The position numbers were made by a program, and so were the translations under genes. A stretch of 64,000 bases of DNA from assembly GCA_951406725.2 (NCBI GenBank), contig OX597814.1, forward strand, positions 19,344,001-19,408,000, read 5' to 3'. How positions within the stretch are numbered: position 1 is the first letter of the stretch; each line of letters opens with the position of its first letter. Under the pieces are notes generated by a model. That model saw only the letters and a list, made by a program, of their open reading frames with translations. It had not been told where the DNA came from and ran no database searches. Positions 1 through 13,700 of the stretch are shown here, piece by piece. Source of the stretch: Octopus vulgaris. Taxonomy: Eukaryota.

Positions 1-48
<48 letters not shown>

Positions 49-116
49 TATTATTATATAATAATAATAATAATAACAACAACAACAACAATAACAATAA
101 CAACAATAATAATAAT
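1..116. repeat. (AAT)n/(AAC)n microsatellite
   Basis: Direct tandem trinucleotide repeats. Confidence 0.95.
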
Positions 117-476
117 ACTCTTTTACTTGTTTCAGTCATTTGACTGCGGCCATGCTGGAGCACCGCCTTTAGTCGAGCAAATATTCTTTGTAAGCCTAGT
201 ACTTATTCTATCGGTCTCTTTTGCCGAACCGCTAGGTTGCGGGGACGAAAACACCAGCATCGGTTCTCAAGCGATGCTGGGAGAACAAACACAGACATAC
301 AAACATACACACACACACATACATATATACCACGGGCTTCTTTTAGTTTCTTTCTACCAAATCCACTCACAAGGCTTTGGTCGGCCCGAGGCTAAAGAAG
401 AAGACACTTTGCTACGCAGTGGGACTGAACTCAGAGCCATGTGGTTGGTAAGCAAGCCACTTGCCACTCAGCCACA
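117..476 (-). mobile_element. tRNA-derived SINE, family A (slightly 5'-truncated)
   Basis: Reverse complement of the copies at 30831, 31346, 32009 and 47367. Family has an A-box (TGGCTGTGTGG), a B-box-like GGTTCAGTCCC, an internal CA/TA tract and a (GTAAAAGA)n tail. Confidence 0.88.
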
Positions 477-925
477 CAGATACACACAGATAGAGAAATT
501 AAAGCCAATAGGCCAGATATAGTTGACAGAAATCATGAAGATAATAAAATGCTTTCTGATTGATGTATAAATACCAGCAAATGACAACGTTTCTCTAAAG
601 CAAATGGAGAAACTTTCAAAACACAAAGACCTGGAAATAGAGGTAACTTGAATGTGGAATCTAAAAACAGAAAGAAATACCTATCATAGTAGGCGCATTA
701 GGTATGATAAAAAAAATTATTCAGACAAATATATAACAAAAACACCAGGACTTACACATATATATAACATACAGAAAATTGTACTACTAGGCACTTCATA
801 CATCCTACGCAAAACACTTTCAATACAGTAACCATAAGAGCATCAAACCAAACCACAGCACAAACCCAAGGCACACAGTGCTGCGCTCGGTAGTGAAGTG
901 AAAGCATGCTTTAAAAGTAATACTA

Positions 926-930
<5 letters not shown>
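477..930 (+). mobile_element. R4/Dong-type non-LTR retrotransposon 3' end (REL endonuclease), frameshifted
   Basis: Encodes HTDREIKANRPDIV...FLIDV...NDNVSLKQMEKLSK.KDLEIEVT. Closely similar to 32870-33315 including the 3' UTR, and ends in (TAA)n. Confidence 0.88.
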
Positions 931-1007
<77 letters not shown>

Positions 1008-1086
1008 GTAATAATAATAATAATAATGATGATAGTAGTAGTAGTAGTAGTAATAATAATAATAATAATAAAAATAAAAATAATAA

Positions 1087-1146
<60 letters not shown>

Positions 1147-1171
1147 TAAAAATAATAATAATAATAAAAAT

Positions 1172-1238
<67 letters not shown>

Positions 1239-1305
1239 TAATGATAATAGTAATAATAATGATGATGATGATGACGATGATGATGACAATATTGATGATG
1301 ATGAT
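931..1305. repeat. (TAA)n / (TAG)n / (GAT)n compound microsatellite
   Basis: Direct repeats; source of the poly-L/I/Y ORFs in the track. Confidence 0.95.
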
Positions 1306-1996
1306 ATCAACAATACTAATACTAATACTATTAGTAATGATGATAAAGATAATAATGATAATGTTAATAATAATTCCGTCAAAAATTATTGTAAAAAGAT
1401 TAATTTTATTCCCTTGATATTTGGTTCTCATTAGATTTCCTTGATTAAAATCAATTAATATTTCAACTCATCAGAGCATTTCCCTTGTGTATATATGTGT
1501 GTGATTAAGTGTGCGCATGAAAAAACTCTGTGTGTGTGTGTGTGTATCGCGCGCGAGATGGTGTTTTTGTGTGGCTGTATATGTGTCTAAGTATCTGTTT
1601 ACAAATACCTGCGCACGTGGAAGTATTTGCATGCAACTGTATATCTGTCTTACGAATTCATTTACAGATTTTTGTGCATCCGTAGGTGTTTGTGTCTTTG
1701 CCTAGAAGCGTGTATGTCCAGGTATGCCGCTCATCTGTATGCGTCGGTGTGTGTTAGCAAATACAGTTATGTTTACTATGCTAGTGTATGTGAGAGTGAG
1801 TATGTGTGCCCGGTGTTGGTGTGTATGGGTGTGTATATATATAACAGTATAACTGAGATGTGTTGAAGTACGCTTACATGTAGGCCTGAATGTGTCAGAG
1901 CGGTTGCCTACAGGCAAGAGTATGGGTGTGTGGGGCGTATATGCTTACGATGGACTGTCTCGCTGTGCGTGTGTGTGTAGCCATATATACATGTAT

Positions 1997-2385
1997 GTGG
2001 AGGCGCAATGGCCCAATGGTTAGGGCAGCGGACTCGCGGTCATAGGATCGCGGTTTTGATTCCCAGACCGGGCGTTGTGAGTGTTTATTGAGCGAAAACA
2101 CCTAAAAGCTCCACGAGGCTCCGGCAGGGGATGGTGGTGATCCCTGCTGTATTCTTTCACCACAACTTTCTCTCACTCTTACTTCCTGTTTCTGTTGTAC
2201 CTGTATTTCAAGGGGCCAGCCTTGTCACTCTCTGTGTCACGCTGAATATCCCCGAGAACTACGTTAAGGGTGCACGTGTCTGTGGAATGCTCAGCCGCTT
2301 ACACGTTAATTTCACGAGCAGGCTGTTCCGTTGATTCGGATCAACCGGAACCCTCATCGTCGTAACCGACGGAGTGCTTCCTTCC
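1997..2385 (+). mobile_element. tRNA-derived SINE, family B, full length with 11-bp TSD
   Basis: Head GGAGGCGCAATGGCCCAATGGTTAGGG...GGTTTTGATTCCC. TSD TATACATGTAT at 1986-1996 and 2386-2396. Same family as 26355, 27977 and 46621. Confidence 0.92.
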
Positions 2386-2400
2386 TATACATGTATAAGA

Positions 2401-3045
2401 GGGCGAGCTGGCAGAAACGTTAGCACGACTAGCGAAATGCTTAGCAGTATTTCGTCTGCCGTTACGTTCTGAGTTCAAATTCCGCCGAGGTCGACTTTGC
2501 CTTTCACCCGTTCGGGATCGATTAAATAAGTACCAGTTACGCACTGGGTCGATGTAATCAACTTAATCCGTTTGTCTGTCCATGTTTGTCCTCTCTGTGT
2601 TTATCCCTTGTGGGTAGTAAAGAAATAAGAAACGTTAGCACGCCGGGAGAAATGCTTAGCAGTATCTCGTCTGCTGTTACGTTCTGAGTTCAAATTCCGC
2701 CGATGTCGACTTTACCTTTCCTACTTTCGGGGTCGATAAATTAAGTACTAGTTACGCACTGGGGTCCATGTAATCGACCTAATCCCTTTGTCTGTCCTTG
2801 TTTGTCCCCTCTATGTTTAGCCCCTTGTAGGCAAGAACGAAATAAGAAACGTTAGCACACAGGGGGAAATGCTTAGCGGTACTTCGTCACTCTTAAGTTC
2901 TGAGTTCAAATTCTGTCGAGGTCGACTTTGCCTTTCATCCTTTCAGGGTCGATAAATTAAGTACCAGTTGTGTACTGGGATCGAATTAACCGACTGGCCC
3001 CTTCCCCCAAAAAAAAATTTTGGTCATTCTGCCTATTGTAGAAAA
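2401..3045 (+). mobile_element. SINE family C, three head-to-tail units
   Basis: GAAACGTTAGCAC...GAGTTCAAATTCCGCCGAGGTCGACTTTGCCTTTCATCC...AAGTACCAG is repeated three times at about 215-bp period. Confidence 0.88.
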
Positions 3046-3644
3046 TATATATACATATGTATGTGTGTGTAACAACGTGTATGTATAAGAGGTGTCAGCA
3101 GAAGTGTCTGGATATAATTTTGGGTGCGCCAGTGTGTATATGCGTAGGAATATATGTATTGATATATGAGTATACGTGTACATCTTGACAGTATATACGT
3201 GCCGGTATGTTTGAATATCCGCAGGTGGGAGTTTCTGTATTATTTTGCAGACATGTGACAGAGCGGATATGTGTAGGTGTCTATGTACGTGCCACTACGT
3301 GTATGATTTATTATGTTGTGCGCTTGTGTATGCGAGTGCGCGTGCATCTATGTGCGTTGAGTGTCAGAGAGTATTTGATTGCATTGAGCACTCAAATCTG
3401 TATATAGCAGTACATTTGAGTGGATATGTACTGTGTATTTGTTGCAGTATATATGTGTGTCAGCATGTGAATGTGAATGTACATGTGTGTACACTTGTAT
3501 ATATGTATGCATGTATGCATATGAATATATATATATACATGCTTAGTCACAGTCACAAACGTGCGCGCACACGGATGCCGAATTCTCTTTTGCCGTGGTA
3601 CTTCGAGTTATAAATTTGCGAGTGTCAGGATTAAATATGTACGC

Positions 3645-3865
3645 CAGTGCTTTTCAAACTTTTTGCTAGAGCGGAACCCGAAGGAAACATTCCACTGGTT
3701 CGAGGAACCCCCTGTGCAATAATTTAATAGTCCTTATGCACACATATCTGCACAGGAGAATTAAAAATTACTGCCGATTTTAGCAGTTTTGTAACTTCTT
3801 GCGGAACCCCTGGACTGTACTGGCGGAACCCTAAGGTTCTGCGGAACCCTGGTTGAAAACCACTG
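3645..3865. mobile_element. hAT-type MITE (221 bp)
   Basis: TIRs CAGTGCTTTTCAAAC / GGTTGAAAACCACTG. 8-bp TSD ATGTACGC (3637-3644) / ATGTACAC (3866-3873). Subterminal GCGGAACCC repeats. Confidence 0.9.
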
Positions 3866-3945
3866 ATGTACACAATCAAGCGTCATCGCATAAAACTGAT
3901 ATTCAACCACACTACCAAGAATATCCACATGTGCGCTACGAACAA

Positions 3946-3989
3946 TCCCGCAGAAAACTGAAGTTTCGGGCAGGGAGTAAATTATAATT

Positions 3990-4038
<49 letters not shown>

Positions 4039-4325
4039 TAAAGGGTAATTAATTAATTAATTAATTAATCAACTAATTAATTAATAATTAATAATTATAC
4101 CAAGTAGTCAGTATGTTAAAATAACCTTTTTAGGTGAATTATACAAAATATTCTATAATTATATACATAATTATAATCAGGGTTCAGCAAATTGCTTTGC
4201 CATGTACCGAATTAGAAATAGACGCTAATTGATTATATAATTGATTAATTAATTAATTTTATCCTTTATTATTATTATGAAAATTATAATTTACTCCCTG
4301 ATCGAAACTGCAGTTTTCTGCGGGA
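3946..4325. repeat. Fold-back element with long inverted arms
   Basis: TCCCGCAGAAAACTGAAGTTTCG..GGGAGTAAATTATAATTTT (from 3946) is the near reverse complement of 4280-4325; the arms continue through (AAT)n and (TAAT)n. Confidence 0.8.
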
Positions 4326-4432
4326 CCCTTCGTAACACACACGTGGGTATAAAGGAAAAATATATATTTACATTCGGAGAGAGAGAAATATATATATGTA
4401 TATATATGTATATATATATATATATATATATA

Positions 4433-5050
4433 CGAGAAAGAAGCAACAAGAATGGATTAGTTTTTAGTACAGTTGTTTCATACAAAGACAGGCTTTATTA
4501 AAAGTTGCAAATATTGCAGCAGATAAAAGTGTCCCGTACTCATCAGCTAAAACACATATAGTTCTCCAAACATCTTAGTGGGTGAGGCTACACTCATGAA
4601 GTATTGGAGATAATTTCATTAAAAGCAGATTCAGGTTGTAAACAGACTTCCGATGTTCTTTAATGATGATGCACAGTCTTATCACAGGTTTTAAAAAGCT
4701 TATTAGCTTCACAGAGAAGGTGAATTAATCCGTAGTGTAGGTGTAAATTTCCAGAGATATGAGGAGGTGTTTCATACTCACAGACGATGAATTTATCCAT
4801 GGTTAATCCACAATGAGGTGGGTATAATTTCATGCTATATCTGCTGCAATATTTGCAACTTTTAATAAAGCCTGTCTTTGTATGAAACAATTGTACTAAA
4901 AACTAATCCATTCTTGTTGCTTCTTTCTCGTTTATAATCACCCCAGATTACTGTATGGTTAACACCATATAGTTTTCTGGTGCATCTAAGTTAAGTACCG
5001 CATTCAAGTGAATTCATTAGAATTGACTTGAATCTTAATTGCTTTTATTG

Positions 5051-5052
<2 letters not shown>
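4433..5052. mobile_element. Probable PLE-derived insertion in (TA)n with inverted arms 4433-4525 / 4838-4930
   Basis: About 93-bp near-perfect inverted repeat; carries a hammerhead motif; (TA)n on both sides. Confidence 0.72.
4462..4552 (-). ncRNA. Type I hammerhead ribozyme motif (long stem II)
   Basis: Minus strand: ttttag-CTGATGA-gtac...gtat-GAAA-caactg-TA-ctaaaa. Stem I pairs, the core is intact and the cleavage triplet is GUA. Confidence 0.75.
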
Positions 5053-5130
<78 letters not shown>

Positions 5131-5183
5131 GAGTGTATTTTTACCTTGTTAACAATTAACACGGGAAAAATAAATAAATAGTT

Positions 5184-5419
5184 ACCGGTCTCAGCAAACT
5201 GATTTGGGATTTAAAAGACCACAATGAACAATTTCATTTAGAATGGTTGATTCTCTCAATTTCGATACCATATGACAAAGGCAAGAAATTCTGTCTTCTC
5301 TGCAATTCTGAGCTACTTTTCATTATTTTTTTTCTAAAAATACTCTAGTAAACACGGTGATAGAGTGAGCATACAGATGTAAGCATTGGCAAAAACATAC
5401 ATTTAGTGCATATAAGTAG
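5184..5419 (+). pseudogene. Penelope-like element GIY-YIG endonuclease C-terminal remnant
   Basis: Manual translation TGLSKLIWDLKDHNEQFHLEWLILSISIPYDKGKKFCLLCNSE...(frameshift)NTLVNTVIE*AYRCKHWQKH matches the LS..IW.LK / W.I / C.LC..E / N...E....C.H pattern of PLE ORF ends. Confidence 0.8.
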
Positions 5420-5620
5420 TCTCTATCATTATATATAATTTAAACTTTAATTTCCTTTATATTTAACATTCACCATTAATATCCTTACTCTTTCTGTTAG
5501 CTACTTATGACGTTATATCATATAACGTTTTTTTAAACAATATTAATAGCGTTCTGTCTATCGCTATACAAATCCATCATTTTTTGCTAAAATGTCTTAT
5601 TGACGAGTTTCGTTTTTTTC

Positions 5621-5706
5621 ACTTTCCTGAGGAGATGATTGCAATGTTTATACCATTTATTCTTTTGAATAGTATCAGTGGAATTTTCGAAACACGTGTC
5701 GAAAGT
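5621..5706 (+). ncRNA. Type I hammerhead ribozyme motif in PLE 3' region
   Basis: actttc-CTGAGGA-ga...tc-GAAA-cacgtg-TC-gaaagt. 6-bp stem I, palindromic stem III, GUC triplet; about 200 bp downstream of the GIY-YIG remnant. Confidence 0.82.
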
Positions 5707-5787
5707 AAAAATATTTGATTACACCTGCGTTAACTCCATATTTTTATTCATATATATATATATATGTATGTATATATATACATGCAC

Positions 5788-5932
<145 letters not shown>

Positions 5933-5968
5933 CATAAATCTATCTATCTATATATATATATATATATC

Positions 5969-6485
5969 TTTAGTGAGGGAAGAAATGGAGCTGAACGAAT
6001 ATTTTACAAAATTCCTCTTTATTATTTTCTACACATGTTTCAAAGGCTGCAAAGTCCCTAATTCGTCGGCTTTCACCCAGCCCGACGTCAACGCATATTG
6101 AGAGACAGTTTTGTGCCATTCATACCATGGGCTCCTAGAGAGCGTTTGTCGAAAAGCTTGCTGCGCATTTTGTTGGAGATTTAAGTTCCTGGATTTTCCT
6201 GAAAGAAAGCTGCAAAATGGTCTCCTTATTCAATCCGAAATAGGGACTTTGCAGCCTTTGAAACATATGTAGAAAATAATAAAGCGGAATTTTGTAAAAT
6301 ATTCGTTCAGCTCCATTTCTTCCCTCACTAAATATATAAAACTTCAAATTTAGCACTAAGGCACGGTTTTGAGACCCCATGGTCGTAACCTCAACCGTGA
6401 TTTTTCTGTTGTGATTTTTGCTACCCAGGTATCGGTTATAATTTGAATAATCCGTAACAAGATAATTCATTTATCCATTTCAATA

Positions 6486-6488
<3 letters not shown>
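5969..6488 (+). mobile_element. Probable PLE-derived insertion in (TA)n with inverted arms 5969-6065 / 6236-6332
   Basis: About 97-bp inverted repeat. Degenerate hammerhead at 6193-6277: attttc-CTGAAAGA-aagctgcaaa...tttgcagccttt-GAAA-catatg-TA-gaaaat. Confidence 0.72.
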
Positions 6489-6523
<35 letters not shown>

Positions 6524-7312
6524 TATTTATATATATATATATAGCGGCGTATGTTACACATTGGTCTCTTATATGTAAGTATATATTTATCTAAATCCTG
6601 TACAACTCTATTCTTTTATTCTTGTATGCTTTCCTTCTTTCTATCAGCCCTTTCACAGTTACATCGTTCATTCCACTCTTCGTTCTTTCGTTTTCCCCTC
6701 TCTCACATTTCATTGCCTTCGCTTCATGCTCACATTCCCTCCTCTTTTCCCTTCACTGCGTCCCTGTCATTTTTTCTCGTCCCTCCTTATTTCTTCCGTC
6801 CCGCTGCCCCTACTTCTCTCTCTTCTCTCCCCACGTGACCGGTGATCGACCTTTCTTTTGGGGTTCAGCTGCTGTCCTGGCAACTTCTATATTCCTCCCT
6901 ATGTCCGTGAAAAGTTGTATCCCTGCCGTAAGGCTTTACTACCACACACGCCAGCTTAATTTAATTCGTCCTTACTCGAAAAATACCTGTTGTTATGTCA
7001 TGTTAATTGAATTTGTGTAATCTTCACCGTTTTTTTCCGTACTTGTTTTCGTATACATTCGCTGCTTTCTTCCCAGGAATCTAATTCTTTTAGTTTAGTT
7101 TTTTCCTTGGGGCTGGCCAGATTGGAGCAATCTCGAGTATAACCAGCTGAAATTGCAAAAATAATCTGGAACTCGAGTGAGGCAAGGAAACACCGAATGA
7201 CCTGTCCTTTGTTTTCTTTCTATCGTCTATTTGGATGTTTTGTTGTCCCTTTTTTGTATTTTCTAACTACTGTCTGGATGTTTTGCGTTCTTGTCCCATT
7301 TTGTCTATATAG

Positions 7313-7360
<48 letters not shown>

Positions 7361-7778
7361 TATATATATATATGCATATATATATACATATAAATATATG
7401 CATATATATATATACATATATATATACATATAAATATATGCATATATATAGATAGATTGATAATAGCTAGATATGTTTATATATATGTATGTGTGTGTGA
7501 CTGTATTCTTCTGTTCTTTTAATTGTTTCAGTCATTTGTTTGCGGCCATGCTAGAGCACCACATTAAAATGTTTTTAGTCGAAGACATCGACCCCAGGAC
7601 TAATTCCTTGTAAGCCTAGTATTTATACTATCGGTCTCTTTTGCCTAACCATTAAGTTACGGGGACATAAACACATCAACATCGGTTGTCAAGCGATGGG
7701 CAGGGGACACACATAGACACAAAAACACATGCGCATAAATATATTCATAAAATATTTCAGGGGCGAATGTGCAAGGGT

Positions 7779-7997
7779 TACTCTTTTACTCTTTTACTCT
7801 TTAACTTGTTTCAGTCATTTGACTGCGGCCATGCTGGAGCACCGCCTTTAGTCGAGCAAATCAACCCCGGGACTTATTCTTTGTAAGCCCAGTACTTATT
7901 CTATCGGTCTCTTTTGCCGGACCGCTAAGTGACGGGGACGCAAACACACCAGCATCGGTTGTCAAGCAATGCTAGAGGGACAAACACAGACGCACAA

Positions 7998-8068
<71 letters not shown>

Positions 8069-8231
8069 CGGCAGGCTTCTTTCAGTTTCCGTCTACCAAA
8101 TCCACTCACAAGGCTTCAGTCGGCCCGGGGCTATAGCAGAAGACACTTGCCCAAGGTGGCACGCAGTGGGACTGAACCCAGAACAATGTGGTTGGTTAGC
8201 AAGCTACTTACCACACAGCCACCCCTGCGCC
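7779..8231 (-). mobile_element. SINE family A, full length
   Basis: Complete head (…CCTGCGCC on +), internal (TA)n and (TACTCTTT)n tail. Confidence 0.92.
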
Positions 8232-8487
8232 TATCCAAATCTGGATTGAAATCCTGCCATGCCTTACCTGTAGAGTAGAAGTAATCAGTTCGGTGCCTTA
8301 ATGTCCTTTCTCCCTTCCTCTAATTTCCGGGTCCAAGACGAAATTATTAACCAATGACAATATATTCATTTAATCTGATATTGGAATATACGAACGTAAA
8401 CTCAGTGTTATTAGACCCATATCAAAAAAGCTTAGATTTCGTCGTACTTTACAGATTAATAATGCTAAGATAATGATTCTATTAATA

Positions 8488-8692
8488 TACTCTTTTACTC
8501 TTTTACGCTTTTACTTGTTTCAGTCATTTGACTGCGGCCATGCTGGAGCACCGCCTTTAATCGAGCAACTCAACCCCGGGACTTTGTAAGCCCAGTACTT
8601 ATTCTATCGGTCCCTTTTGCCGAACCGCTAAGTAACGGGGACATAAACACACCAGCATCGGTTGTCAAGCAATGCTAGGGGGACAAACACAG

Positions 8693-8772
<80 letters not shown>

Positions 8773-8976
8773 TTGTGTGTCTGTGTTTGCCCCCCTATAT
8801 ATATACATATATACGACAGGCTTCTTTCAGTTTCCGTCTCCCAAATCCACTCACAAGGCATTAGTCGGCCCGGGGCTATAGCAGAAGATAGTTGTCCAAG
8901 GTGCCACGCAGTGGGATTGAACCCGGAACCATGTGGTTGGTTAGCAAGCTACTTACCACACAGCCACTCCTGCGCC
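8488..8976 (-). mobile_element. SINE family A, full length
   Basis: Complete head and tail, with an expanded internal CA/TA/TG tract. Confidence 0.92.
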
Positions 8977-9302
8977 TATGTAAAATAACGTTCATAAGTA
9001 ATGTATAGGTATCGAAAAATCAACATAGTGATTATAGCAAGTTACGCAGAGACGCCTTCCGCAAGAGAATTAAGAACCAACCGTTCATTTCGTCCCTTTA
9101 ATACGAGTAAACGAGCAAAGAATCAAGTAATCATCTAACCAAACAAACTGCCAGATTATCCAGCACACCTGCAGGCCAACCAGACAATTCCACCATCCGT
9201 CCGTCCGTCCGTCCAGACAACCATTCTATCAAGCAGTCAATGAATTCGCACCTCTGCAAAAGACACCTTTACACAATACAAACCATTAATAATAATAATA
9301 CC

Positions 9303-9352
<50 letters not shown>

Positions 9353-9517
9353 TAACAACAATAACAACAACAAGAATGATAATTTTAATAGATCACAACA
9401 GCACGCTGGATGTTGATCTAAATTAGGAAGCCATTGAATTAAAATCTTCTCAACAACTTATTAAAATTCAAAAATTTTTGAAATTGAAACAAAGAAAGAA
9501 CAAATCACATAAAACCT

Positions 9518-9569
9518 AATATATACATATATATATATATACATACATATATATATATACATATATATG

Positions 9570-9633
<64 letters not shown>

Positions 9634-9713
9634 GGTATTTATGCAGCTATGTGTGTATATATGTGTATATATGCATATGTATATATATATGTGTATGTAT
9701 ATGTAAATGTGTG

Positions 9714-9746
<33 letters not shown>

Positions 9747-9759
9747 GTATATATATATG

Positions 9760-9811
<52 letters not shown>

Positions 9812-9984
9812 TGTGTGTGCGTGCGTGTGTGTGAGTGTGTGCCTGTGTGCAAGTATCTATGCAGTTGTGTGTGTATATATAAATATATACGTTTGTGTAT
9901 GTGTGTGTATGTGCCTGTGTGAGTGTGTATGTAAATGTGCCTATGTGTATGCATATCTGCATATGTATGAATATGTATATTTAT

Positions 9985-10030
<46 letters not shown>
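9518..10030. repeat. (TA)n/(TG)n compound microsatellite
   Basis: Direct dinucleotide repeats. Confidence 0.92.
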
Positions 10031-10032
<2 letters not shown>

Positions 10033-10897
10033 GTGCATCTGCTTATTCTATTTAATTTCCCCCACAATCATTCTCTTCACTTCACACTGACACTCACGCA
10101 CACATCTTTATTGACACACGCTTGCATGTGTAAGCTCATACGCACAAGCAGTCATGAACCTCCACACCTTCACATACATACATACATACATACATACATA
10201 CACACATGTACAATTGTGTACACGTATACACATCTTAACACGTAACCCCATCCAACCACCTTTTGTTCATACTGCATAATTATTTACAATATTATTCAAA
10301 ACGAAATACAAATACACAAATAAACAAATAAATAAACGTGTAAATACATAAATACATAAATAAATAAATAAATGAATAAATAAATAACTAAATAAATAAA
10401 TAAATAAATAAAGAGAGGAAAGAACGAAAGTGAAAGTAAAACACTAAACAGTAAAACATGTTGTGCTAAGGTTAAGTCAATTTAGATAGACAAAGATATT
10501 ATGGTAATATTATTTGCTTTGCAATAATTTAACGACTTAATTTATCGATAAATCTACAATCCATATAGAATTTGAAATTTAGACCCAAATACCATTCTTC
10601 TTTTCTTCTGCTCTTTTGCTCTTTCTTCTCTTCCTTTATATTTATCTGTTGTTTTGGTGTTGTTCTTTACTTTCTTTCACTATTTCTTTTAGAGTTTCTT
10701 TCTCTCTCTCTCTCTCTCTCGCTTCGTATAAAATATGGAACGGATGCTTACAAGATGTAGTTATAGTAATGGCTTAATTATAATTTGTATTTTTAATAAA
10801 AACATTTCCATCATCATAAGCGCCATCAGCACCATTAATATTGTTAATGCAACTAGTGTTGTTCTTTTTGGTTAATGTTGTTGTTCCTATGACATTA

Positions 10898-11552
<655 letters not shown>

Positions 11553-11777
11553 TATTCCAGTTATTTCAGCGTATTTATTCATATGTCCTCAGCAGAAGAC
11601 ATACAGAGAGCAAGATGAATTATGACCTTAATACTTGATTAAGTTACAAGTATGTTAAATTGACTAACAAAAAAATTATACCCAAGAAAAACAGTTCACA
11701 ATGCTATTTCGTTTGAGATTCGATTGGCTAAATCAGAAAGCCAAAGACAGTAACAATATTATGATAGGAACGACAAT

Positions 11778-12102
11778 GTGAGGGCGCGTGGCTTAGTGGT
11801 TAGGGCATTCGGCTCATGATCGTAAGGTTGTGAGTTCGATTCCCGGCGACGCGTTGTGTCCTTGAGCAAGATACTTTATTTCACGTTGCTCCAGTCCACT
11901 CAGCTGGCAAAAATGAGTTGTACTTGTATTTCAAAGGGTCAGCCTTGTCACTCTCTGTGTCACGCTGATTATCCCCGAGAACTACGTTAAGGGTACACGT
12001 GTCTGTGGAATGCTCAGCCATTTGCACGTTAATTTCACGAGCAAGCTGTTCCGTTGATCGTATCAGCTGGGACCCTCGTCGTCGTAACCGGCGGAGTCTT
12101 TT
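11778..12102 (+). mobile_element. tRNA-derived SINE, family D (shares its 3' half with family B), 13-bp TSD
   Basis: A-box TGGCTTAGTGG, B-box GAGTTCGATTCC and central GTGTCCTTGAGCAAG...GCTCCAGTCCACTCAGCTG domain. TSD TAGGAAC(G/A)ACAAT at 11765-11777 and 12103-12115. Confidence 0.9.
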
Positions 12103-13500
12103 TAGGAACAACAATAGCAATTTATTGTCTTTCGAGAACTTTGGCGTTTCCTATAATGACAAAGTCTGCAATCCATGTTCTTCACACTGATTTGCACAAC
12201 GGTAGCGCATGGGAAGCATAGCGGTTAGGTACTCTTGAATATAATCATTTGTGTTTACAACAAATAGATAACGTGAGATTGTAGTATCCATCACGACACC
12301 TGTCAGATTTTCACCCCGAGAGTAAAAGATTCTTCCCTGCATTGCACAGCCAGAAGGTTCCCCCCTCTTATCAAATTGCTGCTAGTTCTTCTGGTTCCCT
12401 GCCAAGACTATGTCGACTTTTCACATTTCTCCTTCATATCATTTCTCAACTAAGATGGCTCTATAATTAGCATTCTTGTCGAGAATGCATTACATTTCCT
12501 GCCTACTTTTATTTCAAACTCTAAAATACACAAGCTCTGTAAAACTAAATCACCCACCCCCATCCCAAAGAATTTTGCTTCTCCGCTCAACAAGTATTCC
12601 TACTATATACGAATATATGTGAAGTAAGAAAATAGCTCCGATCACCTGGACATGAGACGACCACAGCAAGTATGATTTACCACAGCACCTGTTACGTTAT
12701 CAAAACTCACCACCCAGACACATGGAGAACACGCAAGAGCACTAACAATACAGACCTATTAAGATATCATTTCAGTCACAGTTTATCCAAGACTACATTA
12801 TCAAATTTACTCTTTCAGGTAATAGAATTTCAATGGAGTTAGATTTGCCTGCTACTTCTGGGATGTTGACTAAATACATAGATTCATCGAAGTACGAGTT
12901 TTTGCGATGGTTATTGTTTAGCCCCCCCCCCCCTCCCAACACACACACATACACACAGTCATACGTATTGAAGCTGCCTCTTCATGCAAGATCTACAAAT
13001 AAGCTGACCTATGGTGAAAGGCAGATATATGATGAGAGAAAGAAAAGTTGTGTAAACAGCTACCCTTCACACATTTCACACGATTTACCTTAGACTGCAT
13101 TATATAATGTCTTTCATGTATTGAAGACAGGGTGTATAGCGAGGAAGATTTGATGATGTTTAAGATTAAGTGTCCGTGTAGAAGCCCTCAAACTGGGTCG
13201 AATTACGTATTACGTCCATGAGGTGGATAAGAAAGACCCCTTTCCGCTACAAAAGTGATTCTATCCTACTGGTAATTTAAACGACTCCAGGAAGAGCTGT
13301 TTGTTTTCAGATCAGAATTTCGACATTTGCATTCCTCGCCCCCCGCCCCCAAGAAATTGCATCCATATGAACGAGAGAGTACTGAGCCCTCTGTATTGTT
13401 TCAACTCCTCATCATGAGGCTTATATTTGTTTGTATATGTATATACTTACATTCATACATACATACAAACATACATGCATGCATACATACATACATACAT

Positions 13501-13531
<31 letters not shown>

Positions 13532-13617
13532 GGCAGACAGACAGACAGATAGATAGATATATAGATAGATAGATACATAGACACATACATACATACATAG
13601 CTAGCTAGCTAGCTAGC

Positions 13618-13699
<82 letters not shown>

Positions 13700-13700
<1 letters not shown>

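Noticed and set aside
1997-2070. tRNA genes at SINE heads (also 11780, 30831, 54938)
   Set aside because: A and B boxes are present but there is no complete cloverleaf; they are SINE heads.
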